Part shown: piece by piece, positions 17,536-34,925 of the stretch
Position numbering within the stretch: the stretch's first letter is position 1
How the letters are laid out: every line of letters starts with the position of its first letter
NCBI RefSeq assembly: GCF_009914755.1
Contig: NC_060942.1
DNA length: 64,000 nt
Direction: 5' to 3' (one strand)
Source of the DNA: the human T2T-CHM13v2.0 reference genome, Homo sapiens
Translations under genes and position numbers: made by a program
The notes under the pieces: generated by a model
Database searches by the model: none
Seen by the model: the letters and a program-made list of their open reading frames with translations, nothing else
Told to the model about the DNA's origin: nothing

Positions 17536-19219
17536 GTGATGTAACCTAGGCATTGAAAGCCTGGAGTTGAAACTTCATTACTTGTTAGCTCTATAAACTA
17601 CAGTCAATGACTTCATTTCTCCAAATTCCAATTTTCTCAACTATAAAGTCTATACAATAACCTCCAATCCAGTCTATCTCAAGGAATTATAAGGAAAAAT
17701 GCATAATTTATAGAATAGTTCTTTTAACCAGTAGGGGCATCAATATTTCCACAACCGAAAAATACTCAGCGAATACATTGATAAAATACGCAGGTTATTT
17801 CATGAAACCTTTACATTGCCATCTTTAAGACAATAATAATAATGGTACTTTGCCTTTTCTTAGTGAAGTAAATTTAGCAATGCAATTTTTTAGTAACGGC
17901 AAGAGTATTTGACTTGAAATTAAGAGATTTAGATTAATTTCCATTAGCCATTTAATATGCAATAGTGCTTTGTTCACTTTAATGTACAAATAATGTACAA
18001 TAAAAAGTTATCCACTTATTTATGTGTTCAACTAGTATTTTTTAAACACCTACTATGTGCCAACACTGGTCTAGGCCTAAGGGTAGAGCAAAAAACAAAA
18101 TACTGTTGTTTTTTTAAAAAGATTCAGGGGATACATGTGTAGATTTGTTACATGCATGTATTGTGTAATGGTGAGGTTTGAGCTTCTAATGGACCCGTTA
18201 TCCAAACAGTGAATGCTGTACCCAATATGTAATTTTTCAATCCTTGACACCCCCATCCCTCCCCCCAGGACTGTTCATTTGAAGGAGACAGTGCAGCCTC
18301 TGATTTTGATACTCAAAACTATCATATAAGGTGAGCAGGTGAGGCTCAGAGATGTCAGTAGGCTTTACTAGGATCAATAATAAATTGTGGCAACTTCAAT
18401 CCAGTTCTGATTCTTAACACAGTTATTCCACTATACTATTTTCTCTCTGAATAGGTATGCCTGATTCTTTAAAGAATAGCACTCTACTCAATTAGATTAT
18501 ACTATCCCTGGATGATCAAAACCCAGTTAGAGAAAAAGGCACTTATTCCCATAAGTTCTTCCAAGAACTACATTGCTTTATCTGCAATGAAATGGCAAGA
18601 CTTATTCAAGAAGCTGTTTCCAGTTATTGGCCCATTTTCCAGCCCATTCTTTATAATAAGCCTCCTTAAAAGAGTGATTTATATTCATTCTCTTCATCTT
18701 CCTTCCCTCTATTATCTCTTTAATTCACTCTAGTTAGGCTTTTATCCCACTCTTCCAGTAAAATCACTCGTGTCAAGGTGACCAATAACGTCTCTCTTGC
18801 CAAATCTGATGGGCATTCATCTTACGCCAAACATATGCAGCATTGACACAGTTGATTACCTCCTCTTTGTTTAAGCATTTTCTTCAATTGGCTTCAGAAA
18901 TTTCCATCTGTTTCTTGCCCTCCCATATACCCTTCCTTTTCCATCGTCCCATCTTTTCGCATCTTCTCTTTCTAACTTCCTTACCTGGGGTGGAAGAATT
19001 AGTGGCAGGCAGAGGTGGAGGGGTGAAGAGAAAGTATGTGAAGCATCTTGGCAGCCTGCCTACTGGTGTCCAAGGATGTGGGACATGAAGCAATGAGTGA
19101 GGGGCGCTACGTCAAGCATGTTTTCAGCATACCTAACAGCACCCAAGAATGCAGGGCCCTGCAGGAGGCAGGAAGGATGATCTCACAGCAGCTACCCGCA
19201 CAAAGGCACACTGGCAATT

Positions 19220-21580
<2,361 letters not shown>

Positions 21581-21589
21581 ATTAAAGTA

Positions 21590-23140
<1,551 letters not shown>

Positions 23141-25885
23141 TTGGCTCTAGGGAGGGAAGAAGGGAGGGGAGAGGAGGGAGGAGAGGGAAATGAAGAGAGA
23201 GGTATAGATATAGATATCGATGATATAGATAGAAATTTGTTCTAAGTGTTCTAAAAGAAGCATGCAAAAGGCTCACTTTGACAATAATTACCTGTGCTAT
23301 AAAATAGGAGGTTTCACAGAGGTTACAGAGGTGGAAAAATAATTTAGAAACTCTTTGGTACTTTTGCATATTTTCTATAAGCCTAAAACTAGTCCAAAAT
23401 AACAGTTTTTTTTTAAAGTGGGTCATGAAATTAGAGGTGTTGCCAGGAAGACTATAATTTTTTTTAAAATGAGCATATACAGAATACCTGCTAGGTTACT
23501 AGGTCCTATGCTAGGCACATTCAGTTATTTCATTTCATCCTCAAAATAATTCTATAAGGCCCAAAGATTAGCCTTCTTGTTCCTTAGAAAAGGAAGTTCA
23601 AGATAATATAGTTTAACTAATTGCTGAAAGTCACTCAGAAGCTAAATATATCCAGACTCAACATGTAGATCTAGCTGATCTCAAAGTCTAGCTAGTTTTT
23701 TCCTGGCAGAGAAAGTACCATGAGCAAAAGCATAGGCCTCAATCAGGTAACAGCATATAGTCCAGTCTGATTAACATTTAGGGAACATGTGGACAGTGTT
23801 GGGAGAAGCAATTTAAAAGCAGGTGGGGAACCATGTTTTTCCTTAATGATATTGACTAAAAACAGTTTTAATACTGCAACCACTCTATTTGCCTTACCCA
23901 TCATCCAAAGGTATCCCATTGTCACAGTTACCCAACAACCAGGCCAACATCTCATCTGAGAAAATAAATTAAATCGTTTTCCTCATGCTCTCCACTACTA
24001 GATATCAATGTGTTTGTATATGGCTCCAGGGACTTGGATGGATACTGAAAAATCTAAGAGGTCCCACTCAAGTTCGCAGAAGCCCCAGGAGGTCTAGGTT
24101 AACCCCCCTAAGAATATTTAGGGGGAAAAGGCTGGTTGTGAAGTTATCATGGTAGTTCTGACTTATTTTCAAGCTGGTGCAGACTGGTCAATAGAGCTGT
24201 GAATTTAAACAAAACCCCGTCTGGAGTTATGAGTTGGCCCATATATCCAAACACTGGTATCAGATCACCATAAATTATCTACACTTGTGCTTACCTTACT
24301 TACTCCCTTTTCTAACTATCCATACAGCTTCAAATCCAGGTGAATATTTTGCAGAAGAGCTTCCTTAAAATGTGAGCTTAAAATGGCTCATCTGATTGAG
24401 TTGTTGAAATACAATGGCATGGTAAAAATGCTTATGGCTTATGTCAAAGGGTTTAGCAGCCCATCAGATTCTAAGTGATTCTGAGTTGACTGAGGCTATC
24501 AGTTCAACTAATGTCACTAAAATCTCTAACAAAAAATACTGTGTTAATAACACAAGAATGATGATGTGGTATATTGAGAAAGGTATGTTTGGGTGATTAT
24601 ATATGAACCATTCTACATTTGCCCCAGCCCATACAATGAACCTCTCTGATTAGTAGCTGATGGACCTACTATTAAGATCTCAAGTTCATTAGCAAACATG
24701 ATATAACAAAAAGTGCCTTAATTTAGGAACCAGAATAGAATTCAAGTCTTGGTTATTAACCTTATGAGTAGCCTCTGTGACCCTATTCCCTCATTATACC
24801 TATACCTTTGTAAGATTGTTTTGAAGATAAAGTGAAACAATTAAAGTAAAAGAACTCTAGTAACCACAGAACAGTGCCAATAGTGCTGTGGTGCTTACCA
24901 AGACATGGTAGGCCAGTGGTGCATGACATGAATCAAATGAGGTAAATCGGACAGCATCTTCAGGGAAGGGAAGGTCCTTTGAAGTGATTATAATCCTCTC
25001 AATCACATCAGGAGAAAAGCCAGCATCTGCCTGAAGCTGAATACATAAAAGTGCTCAAAAGATATGTGTAAGTTTGAGATGGTAAGATTTGGGGCCCATG
25101 ATTCTCTTGTGAGAATGAGTTTGCATCATAGAATTTAGAGGACTAGAACAGGACAAGGTAAAGAGAGCCTGCAGCAAGGACAGAGCAAAGGCAGATCTAA
25201 AGCTAGGCCCAGATCTAGATCCAGACTTATATCCCCAGTGTCACAGACTAGGCTGAAGGCCACTGGCCCATGGTGATGTTGGCCTCCCTCAAAGGTTGGC
25301 ATTCAAGAGAAGAAACCTATCCCATTGGTGCCTTTCAGACCATCTGAAGAAACAGGACTTCTTTACTTGGTCTGTGCCTTATCAACTGGAAAATCCCCTG
25401 GGTGGCAAATAAAGATCAACTTCCTAACACCTGCAGCAAAGTGTAACACATCTATTTTGAACCAAATTTACATGGCATGGGCCTGAAGTCTCTGAACATA
25501 GAAGAAACATAGAAGAAACATCATCGCTAAAAGGTGACCTATTTAGCACCTGTGGAATTCAACAAAGAGCAATGTAGAGTAGCTACACAGCTTAGTCAAC
25601 ATGGCAGGAGGCAATCAAAACACAAAGCCCAAAGCCACATGTGGCCCTTGTTTTAATTTGTTTCTTAGGCAGGACCGCAATAGGAAAGGAGATTTCATAG
25701 CTTCCTCATGTATGAAATCAGGTGCAGGTTCTGAACAAGAAAAAGATTAAGAAAAAAAGGATGCTTAGACAGAAAAACTGTATGGGCAGTTTAATAATGC
25801 TCAGGCAAAGGGATGGAACTAACATTTAACTTCCAGTGCGTTCCCTGATTGAGAGTCCAGACTGTGGTAAGAACTTTTTGACCTG

Positions 25886-25918
<33 letters not shown>

Positions 25919-27302
25919 CTTGTCACATTTTTGGAGTGCTTAAAATATTCCAAGCACTATTACAAGTGCCTTGCATGTATTAAGTCATTTAATCCTCATA
26001 ACAACTCTATGAGGTAGTATTATTATCACCTATATGCATGAATGAACACCAAGGCCTAAAGATTTAATTAACTTGCTCAAAGCCAAAAGCCAGTTGGGTT
26101 CAAATCTACACAAGCTGGCTTTAGACTGCACTGACTGTGCCACACTGTACCGCCTTAGGTACAAAAAAGATCTTGTGTCTACAGTGGCCAAGAGAAAAAA
26201 AAAAAACTGGGTCAAACTTTGACTAGAGGGTACAAATAAAGGCTGAGGAAGAAAGGAGGACAAATGATAAAAAGATCAGGTTTTTTAAAGAGAATCTGTT
26301 TCTAAGAGTAGTTGTGATTTTGTGTGTTTTGTATTCTGTGATTTTACTCTGCCGGATCTCATGTAGAAGGGTGAAAGAGTCAGAGAAAGGCCAAGAATTC
26401 CAAGGATATGACGTTATGAGGCACAATTCCCCCAGTTTCTTGAGTGGTGTTAGCAGTTAAGCACACAGAAGCAAAAGAGCTCGAGGGGGAATGCTAGAGT
26501 GTAATCCTATCACTTGAGAAATCCTTAGTCATTTGCTCAGTTTTCCACGTTTTTACATAGAATACAGCATGGGCTATGGAGTCAGGAAACTGTGCATCCT
26601 AGTTCTGACACTTGCTGTGTGTTTACAGACAAAATAGTCCCCTGGGCTTCAGCTTTCTCAACTATTAAATGAAGGTTGTATCTATCTCTCAGGGTTATAC
26701 GAGGATTAAATGCAGTAAGTAGAAAGCATAGCGGAGTAACATACACTACTCAACAAATGTTAGCCGCACCCCTTTGCCTAAGCATTATTACCAAGAGTCC
26801 TAAAAGACCTTAAGCCTATAAAAAGAATGTGATAGAAAAAAACCCCACAAAATTCTTACAAGTTATAAAAATAATATAGGAAGGTCTGAATGAAAACGCT
26901 CTAAAATATGTAAGTCCAACAGGTCAGTTGGCTAAACCAACTGTAGTAATGAAGTCAAAGTTTGATGTTCATCTTCCTTCATTTTTGTTCTACAAGGTAT
27001 GTTATTAAAATTTGCAGACTCCTTTGTTTAAAAGGAGCCCAATAATTAAACTGGTGTTAAAACAAGGTCCAGAGGTTTCACAACTTCGGAGTAAAGCTAA
27101 AACTAGTACTCTTGCAACGTGAATAATAGACTCATTGAATTAAGATTCTCTCTTTTTTCTTTCAGTACCAGTGTTTATGATGCAAAAATAAAAGTCCAAA
27201 AACTTGGTGAGGATAAAATGTTCCCACAAAGTATATAAAATCTATAAATACCAAAAGAAGCTGGAAAGAATTCAAATGAGATCATGAGAAGTTTGCTTCA
27301 AG

Positions 27303-27308
27303 TTTAAT
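27303..27308 (-). terminator. Candidate distal polyadenylation signal ATTAAA of METTL4
   Basis: tttaat on the plus strand about 1.45 kb past the stop, consistent with my recollection of the gene end. Confidence 0.5.
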
Positions 27309-27544
27309 ACCTTTTTCCTTTTAAATAACAAGTTAGAATAGCTCCATAAATACAAAATTAAGCCTCTGATACTATACTCACACACTCAAAGAATGAACAA
27401 ACTTCAAAAATAACATATTTTTCTTTGACAAAATCAGTAAATTGGCAAGCTTGTCAAAGAATCATTTCAGTCTAACATTTTACTTAGTGGATAAATATTT
27501 GTCAACAATCTGTAAATAGTATAAATGCTTTTCTCAAAATGCTA

Positions 27545-27835
27545 CGTGAAAGAAGCCAGGCACAATAGATTACACATTGCATGATTCCATTTATATGAAA
27601 TTCTCAAACAGCAGAACTAATGATAGAAAGCAAACCAGTGTTTGCCAGGGGCCAAGGATAGGAGCAGGGGATTGACTGCAAAAGGAAAAATGAGAAGTTT
27701 TCAGGGTAAAGAAAGTGTTCTGTATCATGATCACTGTGGCAGACAGACAACTGTATATATGTTTTCAAAATTCACTGAATTTGACACTGAAAATTGGAGA
27801 ATTTTGTGAAAATTATACCTCAATTTTTAAAAAGT
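27545..27835 (+). mobile_element. Old L1 3'-end fragment inside the METTL4 3'UTR
   Basis: gaagccaggcacaa...tgattccatttatatgaaattc...aattatacctcaat. Confidence 0.75.
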
Positions 27836-28146
27836 CAATACATAATAAATCAATATGCATTTCAAAGAATCATTTCAGTCAAAATATTTTACTTGGTAGA
27901 CAAATATTTATTTGTAGAAAATCTATAAATAATATTTTTTTCACAATCACACTGTTTACTTGCTGCCATGTTTATTATAAGGAATAGCTTTTCATTTTCT
28001 TCTAGAAAAACAAGCAAAACCAGAAAGTGCTTGGAAAGTGACCTTGAATGCAATTTAAAACCCTACAAAAATGCTGTATAAACTCAGTATACTAATGCAG
28101 TATTTGGCAGATCTTTGAATATTTTCTCCAGAACATAACAGTATAC

Positions 28147-28480
28147 CAGAGGTTGCAAATTCAGGTCATACAAGGGCCAAGTGGATGACATAAGTGAGCA
28201 GCATGGTGGCAGTGGTACTGTGGCAAAGTGGAGAGCACAAGGCTCTTCCCAAGTGAGCCACCACCGCTTGGTCCTGCAGACTGATGCCAGGAAAGAACAA
28301 AGGCCTCTGTGTAGCCAGAGCCTCTGATGTTTAAAAAGAAGCAGAAATCTGGACTTTAATGTGAAATAGCCCCATTTTTTAGAATAATGGTTCTAAGTGT
28401 TTTTTACAACACTGTATGGGTCACACAAAACACATCCATAGATAGGATTAAGACCTCTGGTCCACGGTGTATGTTTTCTG
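28147..28480 (+). mobile_element. MER102-like hAT DNA transposon inside the METTL4 3'UTR
   Basis: cagaggttgcaaat...actgtggcaaagtggagagc...gaagcagaaatctggactttaatgtgaaat resembles the MER102 consensus as I recall it. Confidence 0.65.
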
Positions 28481-28751
28481 AACTTTTTCAATAGCATGGT
28501 CTTGCCGTCTTTATAACTGCTTACCACTTAATTTGTATAGTCTAGAATAACATAGAATGTTAGTGCAACTCAAGTAAAATTCATCTTAAAATTACATGAA
28601 GGCTAGTCACTTCTGGTCCCTTACTGAAAAAAACAAGTCCTGTTTATATTCTAAGAATATGGGTTGGTAACAAAATAAAAAAATGACTTAGAATTAAGGG
28701 AAAAGTGGTGAGGAAACAATGAAGAAACCACTACTTTAATCAAGATCATAG

Positions 28752-28901
<150 letters not shown>

Positions 28902-29213
28902 TTAAAAAAGAGAAAAAACACAAAAATTATTATTGAGGAAGGAATCCACTTCCTTTTAGCAGTTAAGAGTAGAAACAGAGAAATATTTCATTTTGTTCTT
29001 AAAAGACAGCAAATTAATTTCAAGGATTTCATCACAGGCTTTACTATTTATAGTTAGAAAGCCATTTAAAATAAGTACCCTTGAGACTGGGAACAATATC
29101 ATCTGAACTTCCATAGTCCTGGTTTACTGGTTTCATTTGTAGATGAGAAATGAGGACTTTAACACCTACTAGGTGACTTTTCAGTTTTCCAATACTGCTG
29201 ATATATCTCCTGA

Positions 29214-29547
<334 letters not shown>

Positions 29548-31952
29548 TAATAAATATAACCCATACATGAAAAAGAGCTCTAAAAAAAATTGAACCCATT
29601 TAAAAAAAAAAAAAGACAAAAGTCTGTCTGCAATATAAACTTTAATAAAATAATAATAAATGAAGAGCTGGATAGAGATAGAAATACTGAGAACAAATAA
29701 CTAACATTTAAATAACTAGCCCCCTTAGCAGTAAATTGGTAGCACTAAAAACATTTCTTCATTTTCAAATTATAGATCCTTCTTTACCTAAAATTTCATC
29801 ATGGTACTTCCACAGTTAAGTATTCCTTGTATTATTCAATGTATTAATAACTACTGAACATTGTATTTTGTTGGGGAAAGAGCTGTAGGCTAAAGAGCTG
29901 TTGTCTACACTAAAAGAAAAGAAGAACACAGAAACTTTTTGAAAAGCACGTGTTCACTCAATTGGATGACAAATACTTAAATCAATTTAATCTTGATCAT
30001 GCTGCTGGTTAGCTATGCTAACCACCTAATAGGAATTTGGTATAAAATTCAGATAAGAAAAATCACTAGAAAAGGTAAAATATGGTTCATAATTGCTATG
30101 TAAGATTGCGCTTGGAAGAAATCTATCAAATTTAGGAATGATAAGGGTTCTTTAGGAATACTAGAGACAGGTAAGGTTTAAAAGAGAATATATCAAATAT
30201 TTTAGGTTTCATCATGTTCTTCAGTTGCTCTCACAGCAAAATACTTGTTCATCTGTCAGAAAGTACTGGTCCTGTTTAGCAAAAATCAAAGAAGAATTAA
30301 AAGGTTTCACTGTCTATAATTCAAGTGAACTCAAATTTGGGCTTTGATGGGTTCTAGGAGATACTGGCACGAAGGCTTCTAACCCTTTCCTAAGTGCATA
30401 AATTAAATGCTACTAACCTTGAAAGAGAAAGATTTCCCTAGAGTCTTGGAGGAAATAACCCCACATGGAAGAACTTTTCCATTTTCTTCCCATGAATTTA
30501 ACGCCTCACCAGCCTCAGTTCACTTTAATGTGGTCTCAGGTTACGCTGAAGAAAGGTTTTGTTTGTTTTTGTTTCATTTGTTCAGATTTTTGGTACGAAG
30601 ATGTTAGCAACCCTATTTTAGAAATTTAAACTGGAGTCAGCCAGTCAAAAATGTTTCCTCTTCTGAGCACCCACTATAATCAGTGTTATAAAACTTAAAC
30701 AAAGGAAGCAGAATATCCATGTTTTATGAGAGTTTACAATCTAATGGAAAATAATGGCCAGGTACTTGGATGGAGTGGAAAAATACATACAACCTAAACC
30801 CATTTACTGCCATCCTATTTTCTCAATGTAGTAAGTTTTTACATGGTTCTTTTCCTTTCTAGTTAAGAAAAACAGAATATTAAGTTGTGTTTTTATAATG
30901 TTAACTACAATTATTTTATTTCAAAATAAGGGAGAAGAAATAAAGGCAAATTAATAAAAATGGATTATTCTGGTTTTTAAATATTAATTTAAAAATAAAT
31001 GTGAATGTATAAATTTAAACATGAGTATGACACATAAACTTCAACAATTACATAACATCTGGAGTTAGTAAAACACACTTTAACTAATGGAGCGGATGCA
31101 ATCTGTGCACAGCTAGTCATTTCGTTTTTGCTCTGAAAGCATGGGGCAGGAGTAAGAGAGAAGTGGCCCAAACATCAGTGCATATAATCCCATCAACTAA
31201 ACTTCACTCTTCAGATGGAAACTGTTAGTATGTAAAGCAGTAAAAAGAAGTGGAAATTCCTCTAAGGTAAAATGTGAAAGCTAAAATTTTGATTTAAATA
31301 CTTTATTTCATGATTTTCCTACCTTAAATCTTCAAACAATATCACTTTATAATGTTAGGTTGTAAACCATAGCTATTGATAGCTTATCTTTCAATCGGAG
31401 AAAATTTCAAAACTTATGCAAATGTATCATTTTGAAATGCCATATGCTACCAATGTGGTCTCCTACATTTTGCAACAGAAATAACCAATTAAACTTAAAA
31501 AAAAAAAAATCAGGGTGTTTCTAAATACAAAAGAGAAAACATTTCATTTTATTAATTTGCATAAAACAGTTTAAGAATATTTAAATGTAAAAGCTGTAAG
31601 CATTATATACAGAATATATATCATCCCAAACCCCTAGAGTTATGATTTCAGGGTAAAATATACTGCAGAAATCTGAGAGATGCTTTCTGAAATATATAGA
31701 AACATGAACTATACTAAAAATATATACAGTAACATGAACTCAAAAATAAAATATTACAATATTTCCTATCACTACTTAACCAAAACATAAGATTTTATAT
31801 ATATATGGAGTTATTCAGATGTTTCCTCCAGAATCTAACTTTTGTCTTTAAATGTTTTCAATGCTAAAAATGTGTTTGTGCTGCTCTCTACTGGGAATGA
31901 GGAAGAACTGCATTTCAAAGATATAAGCTGTAATGCTTTAGGGCAAGACTCA

Positions 31953-32156
31953 TTTTTTTTTTCTTTTATTATTATACTTTAAGTTTTAGGGTACATGTGC
32001 ACATTGTGCAGGTTAGTTACATATGTATACATGTGCCATGCTGGTGCGCTGCACCCACTAACTCGTCGTCTAGCATTAGGTATATCTCCCAATGCTATCC
32101 CTCCCCCCTCCCCCCACCCCACAACAGTCCCCAGAGTGTGATGTTCCCCTTCCTGT
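31953..32156 (-). mobile_element. Young, heavily 5'-truncated L1 (L1PA2/L1HS-like 3' end, about 200 bp)
   Basis: polyT then ttattatactttaagttttagggtacatgtgcacattgtgcaggttagttacatatg...tagcattaggtatatctcccaatgctatccc, nearly identical to the youngest L1 3'UTR. Confidence 0.92.
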
Positions 32157-32597
32157 TTATTCACTATTTTAAAACCTGTCTCCTGAGGCTCATCTTTAAA
32201 TATAACTTTATTTTATTTTAAAGGAATTGACAAATAGTTTACTATCATTTCAGAATGAAAAGTTTATGGTCTTAGCTTTTGAATTTTTAAAAGAAAAAAA
32301 TAAGGTTTGAGACAAACACTAGCTTTGTTACCAAGTGATAAATAAAATTCAAATGAGAGGAATACATATACATATATAATCAGGTATTACTAGTGCCAAG
32401 TATAATTTTTTTTTCATGAGGAACAATGCAATCTCACTTTCACTTGAGTTATATATTAAAGCATTAAAGGTCTATGACAGTCCAAAGCATAAGGCAATCG
32501 ATTATTCACTGAGAATCCTTCTTAGTCAAAGAATGGATTATCAGGTAGACATCTGTATATGTCTCAAATGAAGTAATACTATAAACACCCTTCTAGA

Positions 32598-32885
32598 GGC
32601 TGGGTGCGGTGGCTCATGCCTGTAATCCCAGCACTTTGGGAGGCCGAGGCGGGCGGATCACTTGAGGTCAGGAGTTTGAGACCAGCCTGGCCAACATGGC
32701 GAAACCCCGTCTCTACTAAAAATATAAAAATTAGGCATGGTGGCACACATCTGTAGGCCCAGCCACTCAGGAGGCTGAGGCAGGAGAATCGCTTGAACCC
32801 AGGAGGTAGAGGATGCAGTGACCCAAGATCAGGCCACTGTATGTGACAGAGTGAGACTCCATCTCAAAAAAAAAAAAAAAAAAAT
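32598..32885 (+). mobile_element. AluS
   Basis: Dimer with polyA; TSD similar to acccttct. Confidence 0.92.
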
Positions 32886-33946
32886 TAAAAAAGGACCCTT
32901 CTCCATAAACTATTTAAGATAACAGAAATCCTAAGTGCTAGCAATAAAAATTCTCTAGGAATTTGTATTCACTTTCTCCATTTCCCAGGTCATAAACTGC
33001 CTCATATTCTGCAAGGTAACATAAGCTCCTGTAGTTTTCCTGAGTGGTAAGTTGTAGCAGTTTTTTGTTGGTAGAAATTACCAAACCAATAAAATATGTA
33101 TTCCTGAAGAAATCCTTTGAAAAGTAAACTTTGAATATCAAATTCAGTATCTCTCAAGGACTTATATTTCTATGTTTTTAAACTCTGACTTGAAAAATTT
33201 AGCATTCATTGAGCTTCTATCACATGCTACGGAACTTTAAATATAACTAATTCTCACAACTCTAGAGGACTAAATATCATTATTCCCTCTTTAAATGAGG
33301 ACTTTGATACAGAAAAATATTTGAGTGACTTGCCCAACTCCCAGAGCCAGGATTCAAAATCACATTAGTCCATTTCTAAAGCCAAATTCCCCACTATTCC
33401 CTGCTGCATAGTTTCATTGAATGATAAACATTATACTAAAGCATTAAGACTAGTGAGAATTTGCAGGCTGCAGCAATTACCTGTCAATGTTCCAGAAAAG
33501 CAACACTACCTTTAAAAAAACGTAAAACTGAGAGCCACTAACCAAATATCAAGGGACTTCTGTTTCTCTGACTACTATTCTGAGTTCCTGGTTTTAGAAC
33601 AAGCAAGGGATACAGCCCCGGTAGTAAAATAAAGGGTCTAGCTGAACTGCATCCTCAGATGCCCATCAGCATTCTTTGTGTCAGCCCAGTGATGGGAAGC
33701 AACTGATAGCAAGGGGAATCTGAAAAATGGTATAACTGGAAAAGCTGAGTAACATAAAACTAATCTATTCTCTATTTCATAGAGATAGGCAAATTCTGCT
33801 ATGAATTCTGCTATAAAGTTTTAGAATATTCATTAACAACCTACGTCTGACTTAATTTCCGAATCTGTAGGCCGTTTAAATACTAAATGTACACTTTTTT
33901 TCAAATTTGACAAAAGTGATAACAATTCTATTTTATAAAAACATAC

Positions 33947-34038
33947 CAGCAAGCGGTGGCTTATGTGAGTGAAGAGTACAGGGCACGCTGACAATTAATT
34001 TGTGGTCTGGAATGGGGAGCACGTTTACATCTGCATTC
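33947..34038 (-). CDS. METTL4: METTL4 exon 8
   Basis: NADVNVLPIPDHKLIVSVPCTLHSHKPPLA; the HSHKP motif is typical of MT-A70 proteins; attag| and |GTATGT; 92 nt. Confidence 0.95.
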
Positions 34039-34404
34039 CTAATTAAACAGAACAAGAAAGTAAACTATATTTTAAAAAACAATTTTCTATACATAAGCCA
34101 CAGCTGCATTGATTTTTGTTCTCTTTCTGTATCTGATTTTAACACAAATTTTACAATCAATGAAAGAAATTAACAATTTAAGTATTGAGACATTCCTATA
34201 ATTTCATTTTCTATAATAATGACAATTACACACTAGATAAAACAAAATATAGTTTCCTGTGCCATACCATCCATTCTTTTCTACACTGGACCATTTTCAG
34301 AGTTTCAAAAACATAAACATTTTAAAAAGTCAATGATTACTAATCATTTTTAAAAGCGTAAAAATTAATACATGTATACAATTTTGAAAAATCACCTTTC
34401 CTAC

Positions 34405-34511
34405 CTCAATGGTAGAGCAGTTTTTTCTTGAACCCTCCCCAGTATAAGACCTTCGTAGGGCTTTTTGTGTGGAGAATCTAATGGGAACACAAATTCTCCT
34501 GAATTGGTTAT
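34405..34511 (-). CDS. METTL4: METTL4 exon 7
   Basis: ITNSGEFVFPLDSPHKKPYEGLILGRVQEKTALPL(R); atcag| and |GTAGG; 107 nt. Confidence 0.95.
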
Positions 34512-34599
34512 CTGATAGGAAGGAGCCAACAAAAGAGGGTTATTTTTTCCCATCACTATAGAGCTTCCACACACACACAAAAGAAATTAAACCTCCAGG

Positions 34600-34925
34600 C
34601 TAGTGATATTCAGTAAAAATACTATGTGAGCCACATTTATCATTTTAAATTTTCTAATAGAAACACCAAAAGAAGTAAAAAAAAAAATGCAATGAAATCA
34701 ATTTTAATTATATATTTAATTCAGTCTAACATACTTGAAATACTGTCATTTCAATATGTAATCAATTCAAAAAAGTTACTGAGATATGTTACATTCTTTC
34801 TTTTGTACTATGCCTGAAATCCAAAGTGTATTTTATACTTAACAGTACATTTCAGTTTGGACTAGCCACATTTCAAGTGCTGAAGTGTCACATGTGTTAG
34901 TGGCTACCATATTAGACACTGCTTC
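34600..34925. mobile_element. MER3/MER33-like hAT DNA transposon
   Basis: ggactagccacatttcaagtgct...gtggctaccatattagaca. Confidence 0.7.

Larger units (their letters stand above)
27280..28751 (-). other. METTL4: METTL4 3'UTR (3' end approximate)
   Basis: Follows the TGA; candidate polyA signals on the minus strand are ATTAAA at 27303-27308 and AATAAA at 27907-27912 and 27971-27976. Confidence 0.6.
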
